Assembly: GCA_963704755.1 (NCBI GenBank)
Contig: OY969938.1
Span: 1,230,001 to 1,262,000, forward strand
Direction: 5' to 3'
DNA: 32,000 nt
DNA from: an uncultured Chloroflexia bacterium
GTDB lineage: Bacteria > Chloroflexota > Anaerolineae > Anaerolineales > Anaerolineaceae
Every line of letters starts with the position of its first letter. Within the stretch, counting starts at the first letter, position 1. The notes under the pieces were generated by a model. It was not told the origin of the DNA and ran no database searches. It saw nothing but the letters and a program-made list of their open reading frames with translations. A program made the translations under genes and the position numbers. Shown here piece after piece: positions 18,039-26,644 of this stretch.

Positions 18039-18446
18039 TTGGAACAACTTTTTCTCTCACCTGAACAAATACGTCAGATCGAAGCCCACCTGCAAGCCAA
18101 CCTGCCGGAGGAAGCCTGCGGATTGTTGGCCGGGAGGGATGGCCACGTTAGCGCTGTAATCCCAATTACCAACCATGTCCACAGCCCGGTGCGCTTCTAC
18201 ATGGACCCGCTCGAACTGGTTTCCGCCCTGACCCGCATCGAAGAGCAAAAGAGTGAACTGCTGGCGATCTTTCACTCCCATCCTACCGGACCCGCCCATC
18301 CCTCGGCAACCGATATTCGCGAATTCAATTATCCCGGTACGGCGGTGATGATCTGGTCGCCTGACCTGGCCGGGCACTGGTTGGGAAAAGCTTACAAAAT
18401 TGAACAGTCAAAATCCTACCCAATAACGATTACAATAGCTGTCTAA
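18039..18446 (+). CDS. JAMM/MPN (Mov34, prokaryotic JAB) metalloprotease-domain protein
   Basis: 135 aa. Catalytic Glu context PEEACGLLAG and JAMM motif HSHPTGPAHPSATD. TTG start as given by the ORF track; no better start seen. Confidence 0.8.
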   Translation: MEQLFLSPEQIRQIEAHLQANLPEEACGLLAGRDGHVSAVIPITNHVHSPVRFYMDPLELVSALTRIEEQKSELLAIFHSHPTGPAHPSATDIREFNYPGTAVMIWSPDLAGHWLGKAYKIEQSKSYPITITIAV

Positions 18447-18715
18447 CCTAAAGTTCTCACCTGGCGACCGGGCGAGCGGATTCTGGTGCAATACCACCGA
18501 TAACCCTTTGGAAATACCTTGATCGAGGCAGAAATGTATGGCCAAGCAGTGATTTTCACGTCATAACCGCCTGTTGGCCATACCAAAACGCTTTCTTCGA
18601 AGGAATCCAAAGAACCACAACCATTCCAGGCACGCTTTTGCTCTGTTGAGGAACGAAATTCTCTGTCGTAACCTTAAATTTAATGTGGTGTTGGTAATAT
18701 TGTCTGGAGGTAACG

Positions 18716-19456
18716 ATGCAAAATGTTTTGAATATTGGGATTGCGCTTTTCCTGGCGTATCTGGTCGGTGCGATACCCTTCGGTTTATTGATCGTTTGGA
18801 TCGCCAAAGGGAAAGATATCCGTGAGGTTGCCAGCGGGCGTACGGGTGGGACCAACGCCATGCGCGCCGCCGGCTTATTCGCCGGGGTTCTTACAGCGGT
18901 ACTGGATGTATCGAAAGGCGCATTTGCCGTATTCACGGCAAGCATCATCGTGCCTGAATCGGTCTGGATCAAGATCGTGGCCGGGTTGTTAGCAATTATG
19001 GGGCACAATTACTCGGTTTTCTTGATCGAAAAGACAGCCAAAGGCAAGATCAAGCTGCGCGGCGGAGCCGGCGGATCGACGGCCTTCGGAGGCGCAATCG
19101 GCTTCTGGCCCCCGGCCGGTTTTGTTATCCTGCCGCTGGCCATCCTGGTCTTTATTTTTGGCGGCTATGCCTCGGTTACCACCATCAGTATCGCGGTCAT
19201 CGCCACGATTTTATTTGGAGTTCGGGCCGCTCTGGGCCTGTCTTCCTGGACCCTGGTTATCTACGGTATCGGCGCACTGGGACTGGTGTTATGGTCGCTG
19301 CGGCCCAACCTGGAAGCGCTGCGCAACGGCACCGAACGGATGGTTGGCTTACGCGCTCTATACCAGAAGCGCCGTGAAGCCATGATCAATGGGGCTCAGG
19401 CAGCCGTAGAGCAGGTCAAGACCCAACACCGCCGGAAACAGGAAAACCAGGCCTAG
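18716..19456 (+). CDS. plsY: Glycerol-3-phosphate acyltransferase PlsY family (acyl-phosphate dependent), divergent member
   Basis: AYLVGAIPFGLL, SGRTGGTNAMRAAG (canonical SGN.GATN), LDVSKG, GHNYSVFL...GGAGGSTAFG, RPNLEALRNGTE. GGAGG lies 6 nt upstream of the ATG. The antisense ORF 18556-19008 is discounted. Confidence 0.8.
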   Translation: MQNVLNIGIALFLAYLVGAIPFGLLIVWIAKGKDIREVASGRTGGTNAMRAAGLFAGVLTAVLDVSKGAFAVFTASIIVPESVWIKIVAGLLAIMGHNYSVFLIEKTAKGKIKLRGGAGGSTAFGGAIGFWPPAGFVILPLAILVFIFGGYASVTTISIAVIATILFGVRAALGLSSWTLVIYGIGALGLVLWSLRPNLEALRNGTERMVGLRALYQKRREAMINGAQAAVEQVKTQHRRKQENQA

Positions 19457-19476
19457 CACCTTTTCCTTTTGAATTA

Positions 19477-19542
19477 AAAGAGGGTGTCTGATTATCATAC
19501 CGGCAAAGCCGGTACGAAATTCAGACACCCTCTTTATTTTTT
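19477..19542. terminator. Intrinsic terminator with nested hairpins between convergent plsY and the MBL gene
   Basis: Outer 15-bp stem: AAAGAGGGTGTCTGA (19477-19491) with TCAGACACCCTCTTT (19521-19535). Inner stem: TACCGGC-AAA-GCCGGTA (19498-19514). Followed by ATTTTTT. Confidence 0.8.
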
Positions 19543-19600
19543 AAATTATTCGTTACTACTCAGGCTGGTTTGGATATTAGGGGTAGCTGAGTAGTAACAA

Positions 19601-20461
19601 TTATTCGGCAGTCGGAGATGCGGAAATAGCCTCTTCGGCGGCAACCTGTTTATAAAGGAAGCGCACATTGCGTTTATGCAGATCATCAGCCAGGCCGCCC
19701 AGAAATACGCGGCTTTTCCCGCATGATTCAATGTCGATGTTAGCCAGGTTCTCCATTGGGTTGCGTTTCCGCGAAGCAGTTTTGACCGCTTTGCGCACGC
19801 TGGCGATGTACGCCAGGTTATCGCGGACGGCCTCGTCGATTTCTCCGCGCAAAATAATGTCGCCATGTCCCTGGATGATATTCTCCAGGCCCATTTTGCC
19901 AATATTGCGGATGGTGTCGCTCAACTCGTCCGGGTCGCCATCCACCATCGAAGGCAGCGGCAGGAAGGCATCCCCGGCAAACAAGACCCGGTCTTCCTCG
20001 ACCAGGACAGAAATACCATCCCGGCTGTGGCCAGGGGTCGACATCATGATCAGGTTCTTTTTGCCCACCCGCAAGGATAAGGTGCCCTGTTCGAAGGTCA
20101 ACTGGGGATAAACCAGCTTGACCTGCTTGAATACCTGATTTTGCCGTCGGGCAGTTTCGAGTGAAACCGAACTGCGCTGTTCCATTAATTCGCGGCATAA
20201 GGCGTGTGCGACCACCGTGGCGCCAGGAAAGAAGCAGTTTCCCCAGCAATGATCGGCGTGATGATGGGTGTTGATAACATAACGCACCGGCACACCAAGC
20301 TGCTCCTCGATAAAGGCGCGCATCTCGAGGGTTTCCTCGGGAATAGCCAATGTATCAATGACAATAGCCCACTGCGGCCCGGTAATTGCTCCGGCAGTCA
20401 CCTGAGCATAAATTTCACTTTGAAACCAATATACGTTCTCAGAAACACGTTCACGCTGCAT
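19601..20461 (-). CDS. MBL-fold metallo-hydrolase
   Basis: 286 aa with the HxHxDH motif (NTHHHADHCWGN) and a downstream TPGHSRDG histidine. Substrate not inferable. Confidence 0.8.
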   Translation of the reverse strand: MQRERVSENVYWFQSEIYAQVTAGAITGPQWAIVIDTLAIPEETLEMRAFIEEQLGVPVRYVINTHHHADHCWGNCFFPGATVVAHALCRELMEQRSSVSLETARRQNQVFKQVKLVYPQLTFEQGTLSLRVGKKNLIMMSTPGHSRDGISVLVEEDRVLFAGDAFLPLPSMVDGDPDELSDTIRNIGKMGLENIIQGHGDIILRGEIDEAVRDNLAYIASVRKAVKTASRKRNPMENLANIDIESCGKSRVFLGGLADDLHKRNVRFLYKQVAAEEAISASPTAE

Positions 20462-20660
20462 AAAAGACCCTGAGAGGAGAATTGTGGATGAGGTTCTTGG
20501 AAATTCGTACCCAATTCACCCATCTATCGCACTGAATAATTATTGGGAAAGATAAGCCATCGGCTCCGATCCAATCAAGGGACTAGAATAGCACAAATGC
20601 AGTGAAAAGTCAAAAATTGGACTATGGGGGTCTTGAAAAAGTCACTTTTCATCATCCGGA

Positions 20661-20711
20661 TTGGGATATATGTGGCGGGGCGGCGAAGCCGCCCCGCCAC
20701 ATATATCCCAA
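20661..20711. repeat. 24-bp-stem perfect palindrome with GAA triloop in a divergent intergenic region
   Basis: TTGGGATATATGTGGCGGGGCGGC-GAA-GCCGCCCCGCCACATATATCCCAA. The central 13 nt GCGGCGAAGCCGC are identical to the centre of the palindrome at 30273-30313. Confidence 0.85.
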
Positions 20712-20833
20712 AAATTTTTATATGAAGGCGTTTTCCAACACTCTCGGGCGATTATCCCCCTGGCCAGATGATCCTTTTCTATGTTAGAGTATTAACAAGC
20801 ATTCTGGCTCAGGTGAAGGAGTTCCCCGAAATT

Positions 20834-21400
20834 ATGGCTGTTTATCCAGGATCGAACCTCTTCTTGGCTGGTGAAAAAATCTATCTGCGCCCAATCGAAC
20901 GAACAGATTTAGATTTAATCCAGCAATGGTATAACAATCCCACTACCCGCGGCTTGATTGGGGAGTGTTTGCCAATGACCCAACCCAGCCTGGACCCTTA
21001 TTACGAAAAGCTGACTACCGACCCCAGCCGGGTCTGGTTTGCAATCATCGAACAAACTTCCGGTAGGCTAATAGGCGAAACCGGCTTACTGCGGATGTTT
21101 CCTACCTGGCGCACCACCGATCTCACGATCATCATTGGCGAACAAGATGCCCGTGGAAAAGGCTACGGCAGCGAAGCCATTGGCCTGATATTGGATTACG
21201 CCTTCGGGAACCTAAATTTCCACCGCGTAGCGATCGGCATTGTGGGTTTCAATGAAAAAGCAGTGGCATTTTACGAAAAAGTGGGGTTTAAACGCGAAGG
21301 GATCCAACGGGACGGATACTTCTTCAACCATCGTTACCATGACTTCATCATGATGAGCATTTTGGAAGAAGAATTCCGCGCGCTGCGCCTCCCGGCGTAA
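20834..21400 (+). CDS. GNAT-family N-acetyltransferase (RimJ/RimL-like)
   Basis: MAVYPGSNLFLAGEKIYLRPIERTDLDLIQQWYNNP..., motif A ARGKGYGSEAI, AVAFYEKVGF. ATG 20834 is preferred over the upstream in-frame extension from 20768. Confidence 0.8.
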   Translation: MAVYPGSNLFLAGEKIYLRPIERTDLDLIQQWYNNPTTRGLIGECLPMTQPSLDPYYEKLTTDPSRVWFAIIEQTSGRLIGETGLLRMFPTWRTTDLTIIIGEQDARGKGYGSEAIGLILDYAFGNLNFHRVAIGIVGFNEKAVAFYEKVGFKREGIQRDGYFFNHRYHDFIMMSILEEEFRALRLPA

Positions 21401-21459
21401 AACCAATTCCCTAAAAGCCGGATCAGCAGCTGCTCGTGCGGCGGTCAACAGGTGCAGTA

Positions 21460-22131
21460 CTACAAATGTCCGTCATTCGAAACAGCAACGATCTCCCAAT
21501 TGTGCTGGTCGGCGTAACCCCGTAAGGTTTCGTCCGGCGTAACCGCAACCGGGTGATCGACCAATGACAGCAGTGGAATGTCATTATGCGAATCGCTGTA
21601 GCCCCAGGAGCCTTGTAAAGACTTCTGCTGATTGCCCAACCAGGTCTGCAGCAGCAGCACCTTGCCCTGCTGAAAAGCCGGTTGGCCCTGGATTCCCCAG
21701 GCCAGCGAAGGGATTTTTTGTGTAACCCGTGTGCAAATAACCCCCTCGAAGCCCAAATAGCGGGCCACCGGTTCGGCCAGGAGGTGGTTGCTGGCCGTCA
21801 GGAGCAGTAATTCATCTCCTGCTCCACGGTGGCGGTTGACCCGCGCGATCATCTCCGGCCGATAGCGTCGACTGAGCTGGTTGACAAAGTCCTCACGCAG
21901 TCGAAGCAGCCGCGCAGTCGGCATCGACCGCAGCGGGGACAGCAGGAAGGCCTCATAGGCTTCGATATCCAGATTACCCTGCTCGTAATCCAGGTAATAT
22001 GCATCGATGCGAGCCAGAAAGCGATCATCAACGATGCGGCGTTCGCGTAAAAAATGGCTCCATAACATCTCGCAATCGCCGTCCAGCAAAGTATTGTCCA
22101 GGTCGAAAATCGCCAGGTTGGATTGCGCCAT
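21460..22131 (-). CDS. HAD-IB family hydrolase (phosphoserine-phosphatase-like superfamily)
   Basis: Motif I FDLDNTLL, motif II LLLTASN, motif III/IV K...GYSDSHNDIPLL. ATG 22131 is preceded by GGAGGAA. The ORF extension to 22215 is discounted. Confidence 0.8.
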   Translation of the reverse strand: MAQSNLAIFDLDNTLLDGDCEMLWSHFLRERRIVDDRFLARIDAYYLDYEQGNLDIEAYEAFLLSPLRSMPTARLLRLREDFVNQLSRRYRPEMIARVNRHRGAGDELLLLTASNHLLAEPVARYLGFEGVICTRVTQKIPSLAWGIQGQPAFQQGKVLLLQTWLGNQQKSLQGSWGYSDSHNDIPLLSLVDHPVAVTPDETLRGYADQHNWEIVAVSNDGHL

Positions 22132-22310
22132 TGATTCCTCCGAAAAACAATAAAAACACCCCTTCTTTGGTGGTAGCTGTATGGTGACGAGTTTTCTAAA
22201 TTTATGCTGACCCAAAAGCTTTTTTAAGCCCCTCTCTCAGAATTGGGAAAGGGGTTGGGGTGAGCACAGGGCAATCGCATCATGCCAATTTAGTCCCAAC
22301 AGAGAGATAA

Positions 22311-22355
22311 TTTTGAGTGTTATTGTGGGGCGTAGCCCCACAATAACACTCAAAA
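22311..22355. terminator. 21-bp perfect stem / GTA triloop hairpin downstream of the ABC operon
   Basis: TTTTGAGTGTTATTGTGGGGC-GTA-GCCCCACAATAACACTCAAAA. Lies ~120 nt after the ATPase stop (22478) on the minus strand. T/A runs flank the stem on both strands. Confidence 0.5.
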
Positions 22356-22477
22356 ACCCATTCTTTGGAGAATTGCCCTCGAAAAGCAGGCAGGCTGCAA
22401 TCACCCTGGGGGTGAGCATGAGTTTCGCTTGGCCCTCAGAAACCCTGGCCCAAATATTTCTTGAGAGTTTTTCCCGA

Positions 22478-23539
22478 TTAGATCAGCCAGCAAGCGTCCA
22501 CCGGGAAATGAACATCCAATGGTGCGCCGATCTCGGGCAAGCGCATGCGTTTCTCATTGAACAGGTCCATCGAGACCGGCGTGCCGTCCAGGTCCACCAA
22601 CACCCGCACGATCGAGCCCAGGTATTGGATCGAACTCACCGTGCCGGAGACGTTATTGTATCCTTCTTGCTGGCCGGGATTGAGTTCTTCCGGCCGGATC
22701 GCCAGGCGCAGCGGATTGCCATTCTGTTGGGCCAGGGTACGGCCCACGCGTACCGGCCGGCCAGCGACCTTGACCATACCCGCCAGTAAATCTTCGGGGG
22801 TGACCGGTATCAGGTTGATCTGCCCGACGAAGGAGGCGACAAATTCACTGGCCGGGTTATTGTAGATTTCAACCGGTGTTCCGATCTGCTCCACTTTACC
22901 GCGGCTCATAACCACCACCCGGTCGGAAAGCGAGAGCGCTTCTTCCTGGTCGTGGGTAACGTAAATAGTGGTAATACCCAGCATCTGCTGGATGCGGCGG
23001 ATTTCCTGGCGCAGTTCGACCCGAATTTTGGCGTCCAGGGCCGAAAGAGGCTCATCCAGCAGCAGTACACTCGGCCGGATGGCCAGGGCTCGCGCCAGCG
23101 CTACCCGCTGCTGCTGTCCGCCCGAAAGCTGGTAGGGATAGCGGCGGCCAAATTCGTCCAGGTGGATCAGCCCCAGTAGTTCCTCTACCCGTTTGCGGAT
23201 TTCTTCTTTCGGCTCTTTGCGCACCTGCAAACCAAAACCGATATTCTGCTCGACGGTCAGGTTGGGGAACAACGCGTAGGACTGGAAGACCATGCCCACG
23301 TTACGCTGGTTGGGAGAGTGCTGGGTTATATCCTGGTCGTCCAACAGGATCTGGCCGGCACTGGGCATTTCGAACCCGGCGATCATCCGCAAGGTAGTTG
23401 TCTTGCCACAGCCCGATGGGCCCAGAAAGGAGATGAACTCACCTTTCTGTACGGTCAGGTTAAAATCATCCACCACGGTGGTTTCATTGAATATTTTCGA
23501 AATTTGAGTTAATTGTAAATGTGCCATGTCAATTCTCAT
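22478..23539 (-). CDS. ABC transporter ATP-binding protein (PotA/FbpC/MalK-like, with a C-terminal TOBE-like domain)
   Basis: Walker A GPSGCGKTT, Q-loop MVFQSYAL, signature LSGGQQQRVALARAL, Walker B LLLDEPLSALD, H-loop YVTHDQ. Confidence 0.93.
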   Translation of the reverse strand: MRIDMAHLQLTQISKIFNETTVVDDFNLTVQKGEFISFLGPSGCGKTTTLRMIAGFEMPSAGQILLDDQDITQHSPNQRNVGMVFQSYALFPNLTVEQNIGFGLQVRKEPKEEIRKRVEELLGLIHLDEFGRRYPYQLSGGQQQRVALARALAIRPSVLLLDEPLSALDAKIRVELRQEIRRIQQMLGITTIYVTHDQEEALSLSDRVVVMSRGKVEQIGTPVEIYNNPASEFVASFVGQINLIPVTPEDLLAGMVKVAGRPVRVGRTLAQQNGNPLRLAIRPEELNPGQQEGYNNVSGTVSSIQYLGSIVRVLVDLDGTPVSMDLFNEKRMRLPEIGAPLDVHFPVDACWLI

Positions 23540-24373
23540 TTAATGGGTTCCTGCCGATTGGCCTTGCTCACCGGTGAGCAGTTGGATGACCCCCATGGCT
23601 GCCCAGGTCAACAGGAAGCTGGCAAAGGACAGCGCCGCGGGTTCGTATGCCTTGTGCTGGCCTAACAGCCACAGGTATGGCCCAAAGGCCGGCCGGCTCA
23701 AGAAGGATGCCAGGGTTACTTCGCCTACTACGATGGCAAAGGTCAGCAAAGCGCCGCTCAATAAAGCCGCCCGCAGGTTGGGCAAAATAATCTTGATCAT
23801 CACGGTGATCCAGTTTGCGCCCAGGCTTTGGGCAGCCTCGGTCAGCGAGCGCACGTCCATAGCCCGCAAGCCGGTATCCACCGAACGGTACAGGTACGGC
23901 ATGGCCAGGATCACATAGCCGGCTACCAGCAGCAGGTTGGTGCCCACGCTCGAGTTGGTCAGAGGCTGGATCAGGATGATATCAGTAAAAGGAATTTTCA
24001 GCGGGGTACCGTAGATGCGGATCAAACCGAAGACCAGGATAATGGCCGGGACCACGAATGGCATCAGGGTCAAGAACTCGACGATGCGGCGGGCGTTGGG
24101 CAGTCGCAAGCGAATCCAGTAGGCAGTTGGGATAATAATAAAAAAGCCGGCAAATATGGTCACAACGGCAATGCCGCTGGAAAACAAGAACGATTGCACA
24201 AATTCCGGGTCACCCAGGGCACGCACATACGCTAACAAGCTGATCGAATCGCGCTGCATCCGCAGCGAAAAATCCAGGGTAGCGTAGAGCGGCAGGATAA
24301 AATAAACGGCGCCTAATACGAACCACAGCCAGGTCCAGGCCGATGCCCTGGTTTGTTTAACCTGTACATTCAT
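23540..24373 (-). CDS. ABC transporter permease (PotC-like)
   Basis: Six-TM-type profile. EAA loop EAAQSLGANWITVMIKIILPNL. ATG 24373 forms an ATGA overlap with the upstream permease stop. The ORF is open to GTG 24382. Confidence 0.9.
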   Translation of the reverse strand: MNVQVKQTRASAWTWLWFVLGAVYFILPLYATLDFSLRMQRDSISLLAYVRALGDPEFVQSFLFSSGIAVVTIFAGFFIIIPTAYWIRLRLPNARRIVEFLTLMPFVVPAIILVFGLIRIYGTPLKIPFTDIILIQPLTNSSVGTNLLLVAGYVILAMPYLYRSVDTGLRAMDVRSLTEAAQSLGANWITVMIKIILPNLRAALLSGALLTFAIVVGEVTLASFLSRPAFGPYLWLLGQHKAYEPAALSFASFLLTWAAMGVIQLLTGEQGQSAGTH

Positions 24374-25260
24374 CGCAGCCACCGTTCGGTATAAGACTGT
24401 AACCAGGAATACCCGGCCAGCGAGACCGCCATGATGACCACCATCCCCAGGGCCATGGCATAACCCAGGCCGGGGTTGTGGAGCACATCTCCGCGGATTT
24501 GGGCGCCGATCTGGATGGTGACAATCGGCAGAGAGCCGCCGGTCAGGGCGTAGGCCGTGGCGTAAGCCCCAAAGGCATTTCCAAACAAGAGGATCATCGA
24601 CCCCAACAGCGAGGGCAATAAGATGGGCAAGGCCACCTTCAGCCAGTATTGGGTGGCCGAGGCGCCCAGGTTTTCGGCCGCCTCACGCCAATCGCGTTTC
24701 AGGCCATCCAGCGCCGGGGTCAAAATCAATACCATCAATGGGAATTGAAAATATAAGTAAGTCAGGCTCAAACCGGCGAAACTATATAAATTAAAACCGG
24801 TATCGTAAAGGCTGACCCCAAAGAGGCTCTTCAACAGAGCCGTGATAAAACCGGTTCGACCGAGCGTGGCCACAAACGCAAAAGCCAGAGGCACACCCGC
24901 AAAGTTGGAAGCCACACCGGAAAAGGTGATTAATACCGGGCGCAAAGCCTTGGGAAGTCCGCCAATGGTAATTCCATAAGCCAGCAAAAAACCCAGGATC
25001 CCGCCACCAAGGGCGGTGACTGCGCTGATCCGGATGCTCAGCCAGTAGGCGTTCAATATGGTCGACTGGTTAAACAATTGCACGATGTTTTCCAGGGTAA
25101 ACTTGCCGGCTTCGTTCGTAAAACTGCCAATGAACAACCTGGCCGAGGGCAAGATCAGGAATAACAGTGCAAAAATGAAAAATGGCACCACACCTAACCA
25201 GTTCTTCAGGTTAGATCTTGTCGTATTGGTCTGGGGAATACTTATTGTCAAACTTCTCAT
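24370..25260 (-). CDS. ABC transporter permease (PotB-like)
   Basis: EAA loop EAAENLGASATQYWLKVALPILLP, with multiple TM helices. Confidence 0.9.
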   Translation of the reverse strand: MRSLTISIPQTNTTRSNLKNWLGVVPFFIFALLFLILPSARLFIGSFTNEAGKFTLENIVQLFNQSTILNAYWLSIRISAVTALGGGILGFLLAYGITIGGLPKALRPVLITFSGVASNFAGVPLAFAFVATLGRTGFITALLKSLFGVSLYDTGFNLYSFAGLSLTYLYFQFPLMVLILTPALDGLKRDWREAAENLGASATQYWLKVALPILLPSLLGSMILLFGNAFGAYATAYALTGGSLPIVTIQIGAQIRGDVLHNPGLGYAMALGMVVIMAVSLAGYSWLQSYTERWLR

Positions 25261-25281
25261 TTTTCTCGGCTACATTCATTG

Positions 25282-25314
25282 CTGAAAGGCGGGTCGTAGA
25301 GACCCGCCTTTCAG
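25282..25314 (-). promoter_or_regulatory. Intercistronic stem-loop between the binding-protein gene and the first permease gene
   Basis: CTGAAAGGCGGGTC-GTAGA-GACCCGCCTTTCAG (14-bp stem). Located 27 nt after the SBP stop and 22 nt before the permease start on the minus strand. Confidence 0.6.
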
Positions 25315-25340
25315 GTCAAACTTATATATTTGATTGAAGA

Positions 25341-26507
25341 TTACTGCGCAGCATTCTGGATATCGGCACCGACCACGGAGTCCCAATTCTTGGTGATGAG
25401 ATCGTTGGCAGCCGAGAGCTGATCTACGGTGGGGAAGACTGCACCGCTCACATCGGGGAGCTTGGTGAGCAAGTCCTGGGGAACAACATTGCGAGCGCGC
25501 AGGTCGGTCTCGCGGATCGGGTGGCAGTAGCCCTGCATCCACAACAGTTGGCCCTGGTCGGAATAGAGGAACTCCATCCACAACTTGGCCGCATTGGGGT
25601 GCGGAGCGTAAGCGCTGATCGCCTGGACGTACACACCGGCGAAGCGGCCGGACTGGGGAATAACTACCTGAGCCTGGGGGTTGCCGGCGAAGGAGTCGAT
25701 CGCGGCCAATCCGTTGTAGTCCCAGGTGATGCGCACAGGGGTCTCGCCTTTGGCGACCAGGCCGTTATTGGCAATCAAGGGGATAAGGTTGCCCGCCTTG
25801 TTCATCTGGGCGAAGTAATCCAGGCCGGGCTGGGCATTGTCGAGCGAACCGCCGTTGGCCAGGGCCGCGGCATAGACCGACTGGATCGCCTGGTTGGAAA
25901 CACGCGGGTCGCCGGAGAGCGCAACCTGGCCATTGTATTCCGGTTTGAGCAGGTCAGACCAGTCCGATGGGATGTTGGATTGAATATCGGTATTGACCAG
26001 GAAGGAAAGAACGCCGTAATAGTCGCCGTACCAGTAGCCATCGGCATCTTTGGCATCCGCCGGGATCGAATCCCAGGTGGACACTTTGTAGGGCTGCAGC
26101 AAGCCATCGGCTTTAGCCGAGGGTCCGAAGGCAAAACCGACGTCGATCACGTCCGGAGCCTGCGGGCCGCTGTTGTTTTCGTTGGCCTTGATGGCTTCGA
26201 CTTCATCACCGGAACCGGCATCGGGGGTCAATTCATTGACCTGGATACCATAGGTGGATTTGAAGGCATCGATTACAGCACCATAATTGCACCAGTCGTG
26301 CGGGAGAGCGATTGTCGTAAGCGTTCCCTCTTGCTTGGCTGCCGCGATCAGGGCTTCCATACCAGTGTCACTGGCGGACTGTTGCGAAGTCGGGGCCGGG
26401 GCGCTGGTATCGGTCGCAGCCAGCTGTGCCTGGCCGCAGGCCGAGAGAACGGTCGCCACGAGAATCGCCAATGTGACGAGCTGAAGGGTTAGTTTCTTGC
26501 CACGCAT
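25341..26507 (-). CDS. ABC transporter substrate-binding lipoprotein (family 1 solute-binding, PotD/AfuA-like)
   Basis: MRGKKLTLQLVTLAILVATVLSACGQ is a signal peptide with lipobox (LSAC). PHPNAAKLWMEFLYSDQGQ is typical of this SBP cluster. ATG 26507 is preceded by AGGAG. The ORF is open to 26543. Confidence 0.88.
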   Translation of the reverse strand: MRGKKLTLQLVTLAILVATVLSACGQAQLAATDTSAPAPTSQQSASDTGMEALIAAAKQEGTLTTIALPHDWCNYGAVIDAFKSTYGIQVNELTPDAGSGDEVEAIKANENNSGPQAPDVIDVGFAFGPSAKADGLLQPYKVSTWDSIPADAKDADGYWYGDYYGVLSFLVNTDIQSNIPSDWSDLLKPEYNGQVALSGDPRVSNQAIQSVYAAALANGGSLDNAQPGLDYFAQMNKAGNLIPLIANNGLVAKGETPVRITWDYNGLAAIDSFAGNPQAQVVIPQSGRFAGVYVQAISAYAPHPNAAKLWMEFLYSDQGQLLWMQGYCHPIRETDLRARNVVPQDLLTKLPDVSGAVFPTVDQLSAANDLITKNWDSVVGADIQNAAQ

Positions 26508-26644
26508 GTATTCTTCTCCTAAAAATAGACTTATTGAACTCAACTGATGTTAAGGGCTGTCGATTAATGCCGTTTTTCAGGTGAATTAATGATTTGTTAA
26601 TGCCTTGTGAATAAATGAATATTTGACAAATTTACAAAAGACTA

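Noticed and set aside
18556-19008. 150-aa minus-strand ORF overlapping plsY
   Set aside because: The plus frame carries PlsY motifs and an SD. The minus ORF begins in the upstream intergenic region and has no features.
20602-20787. 61-aa plus-strand ORF in the MBL/GNAT divergent region
   Set aside because: It reads straight through the 24-bp palindrome (..DICGGAAKPPRHIY..), has no SD and has no recognisable features.
25521-26492. 323-aa plus-strand ORF antisense to the substrate-binding protein gene (plus smaller ORFs at 25276-25636 and 25802-26134)
   Set aside because: Gly/Arg/Val-rich low-information sequence. The minus-strand frame has a lipoprotein signal peptide, an SD and SBP family motifs.
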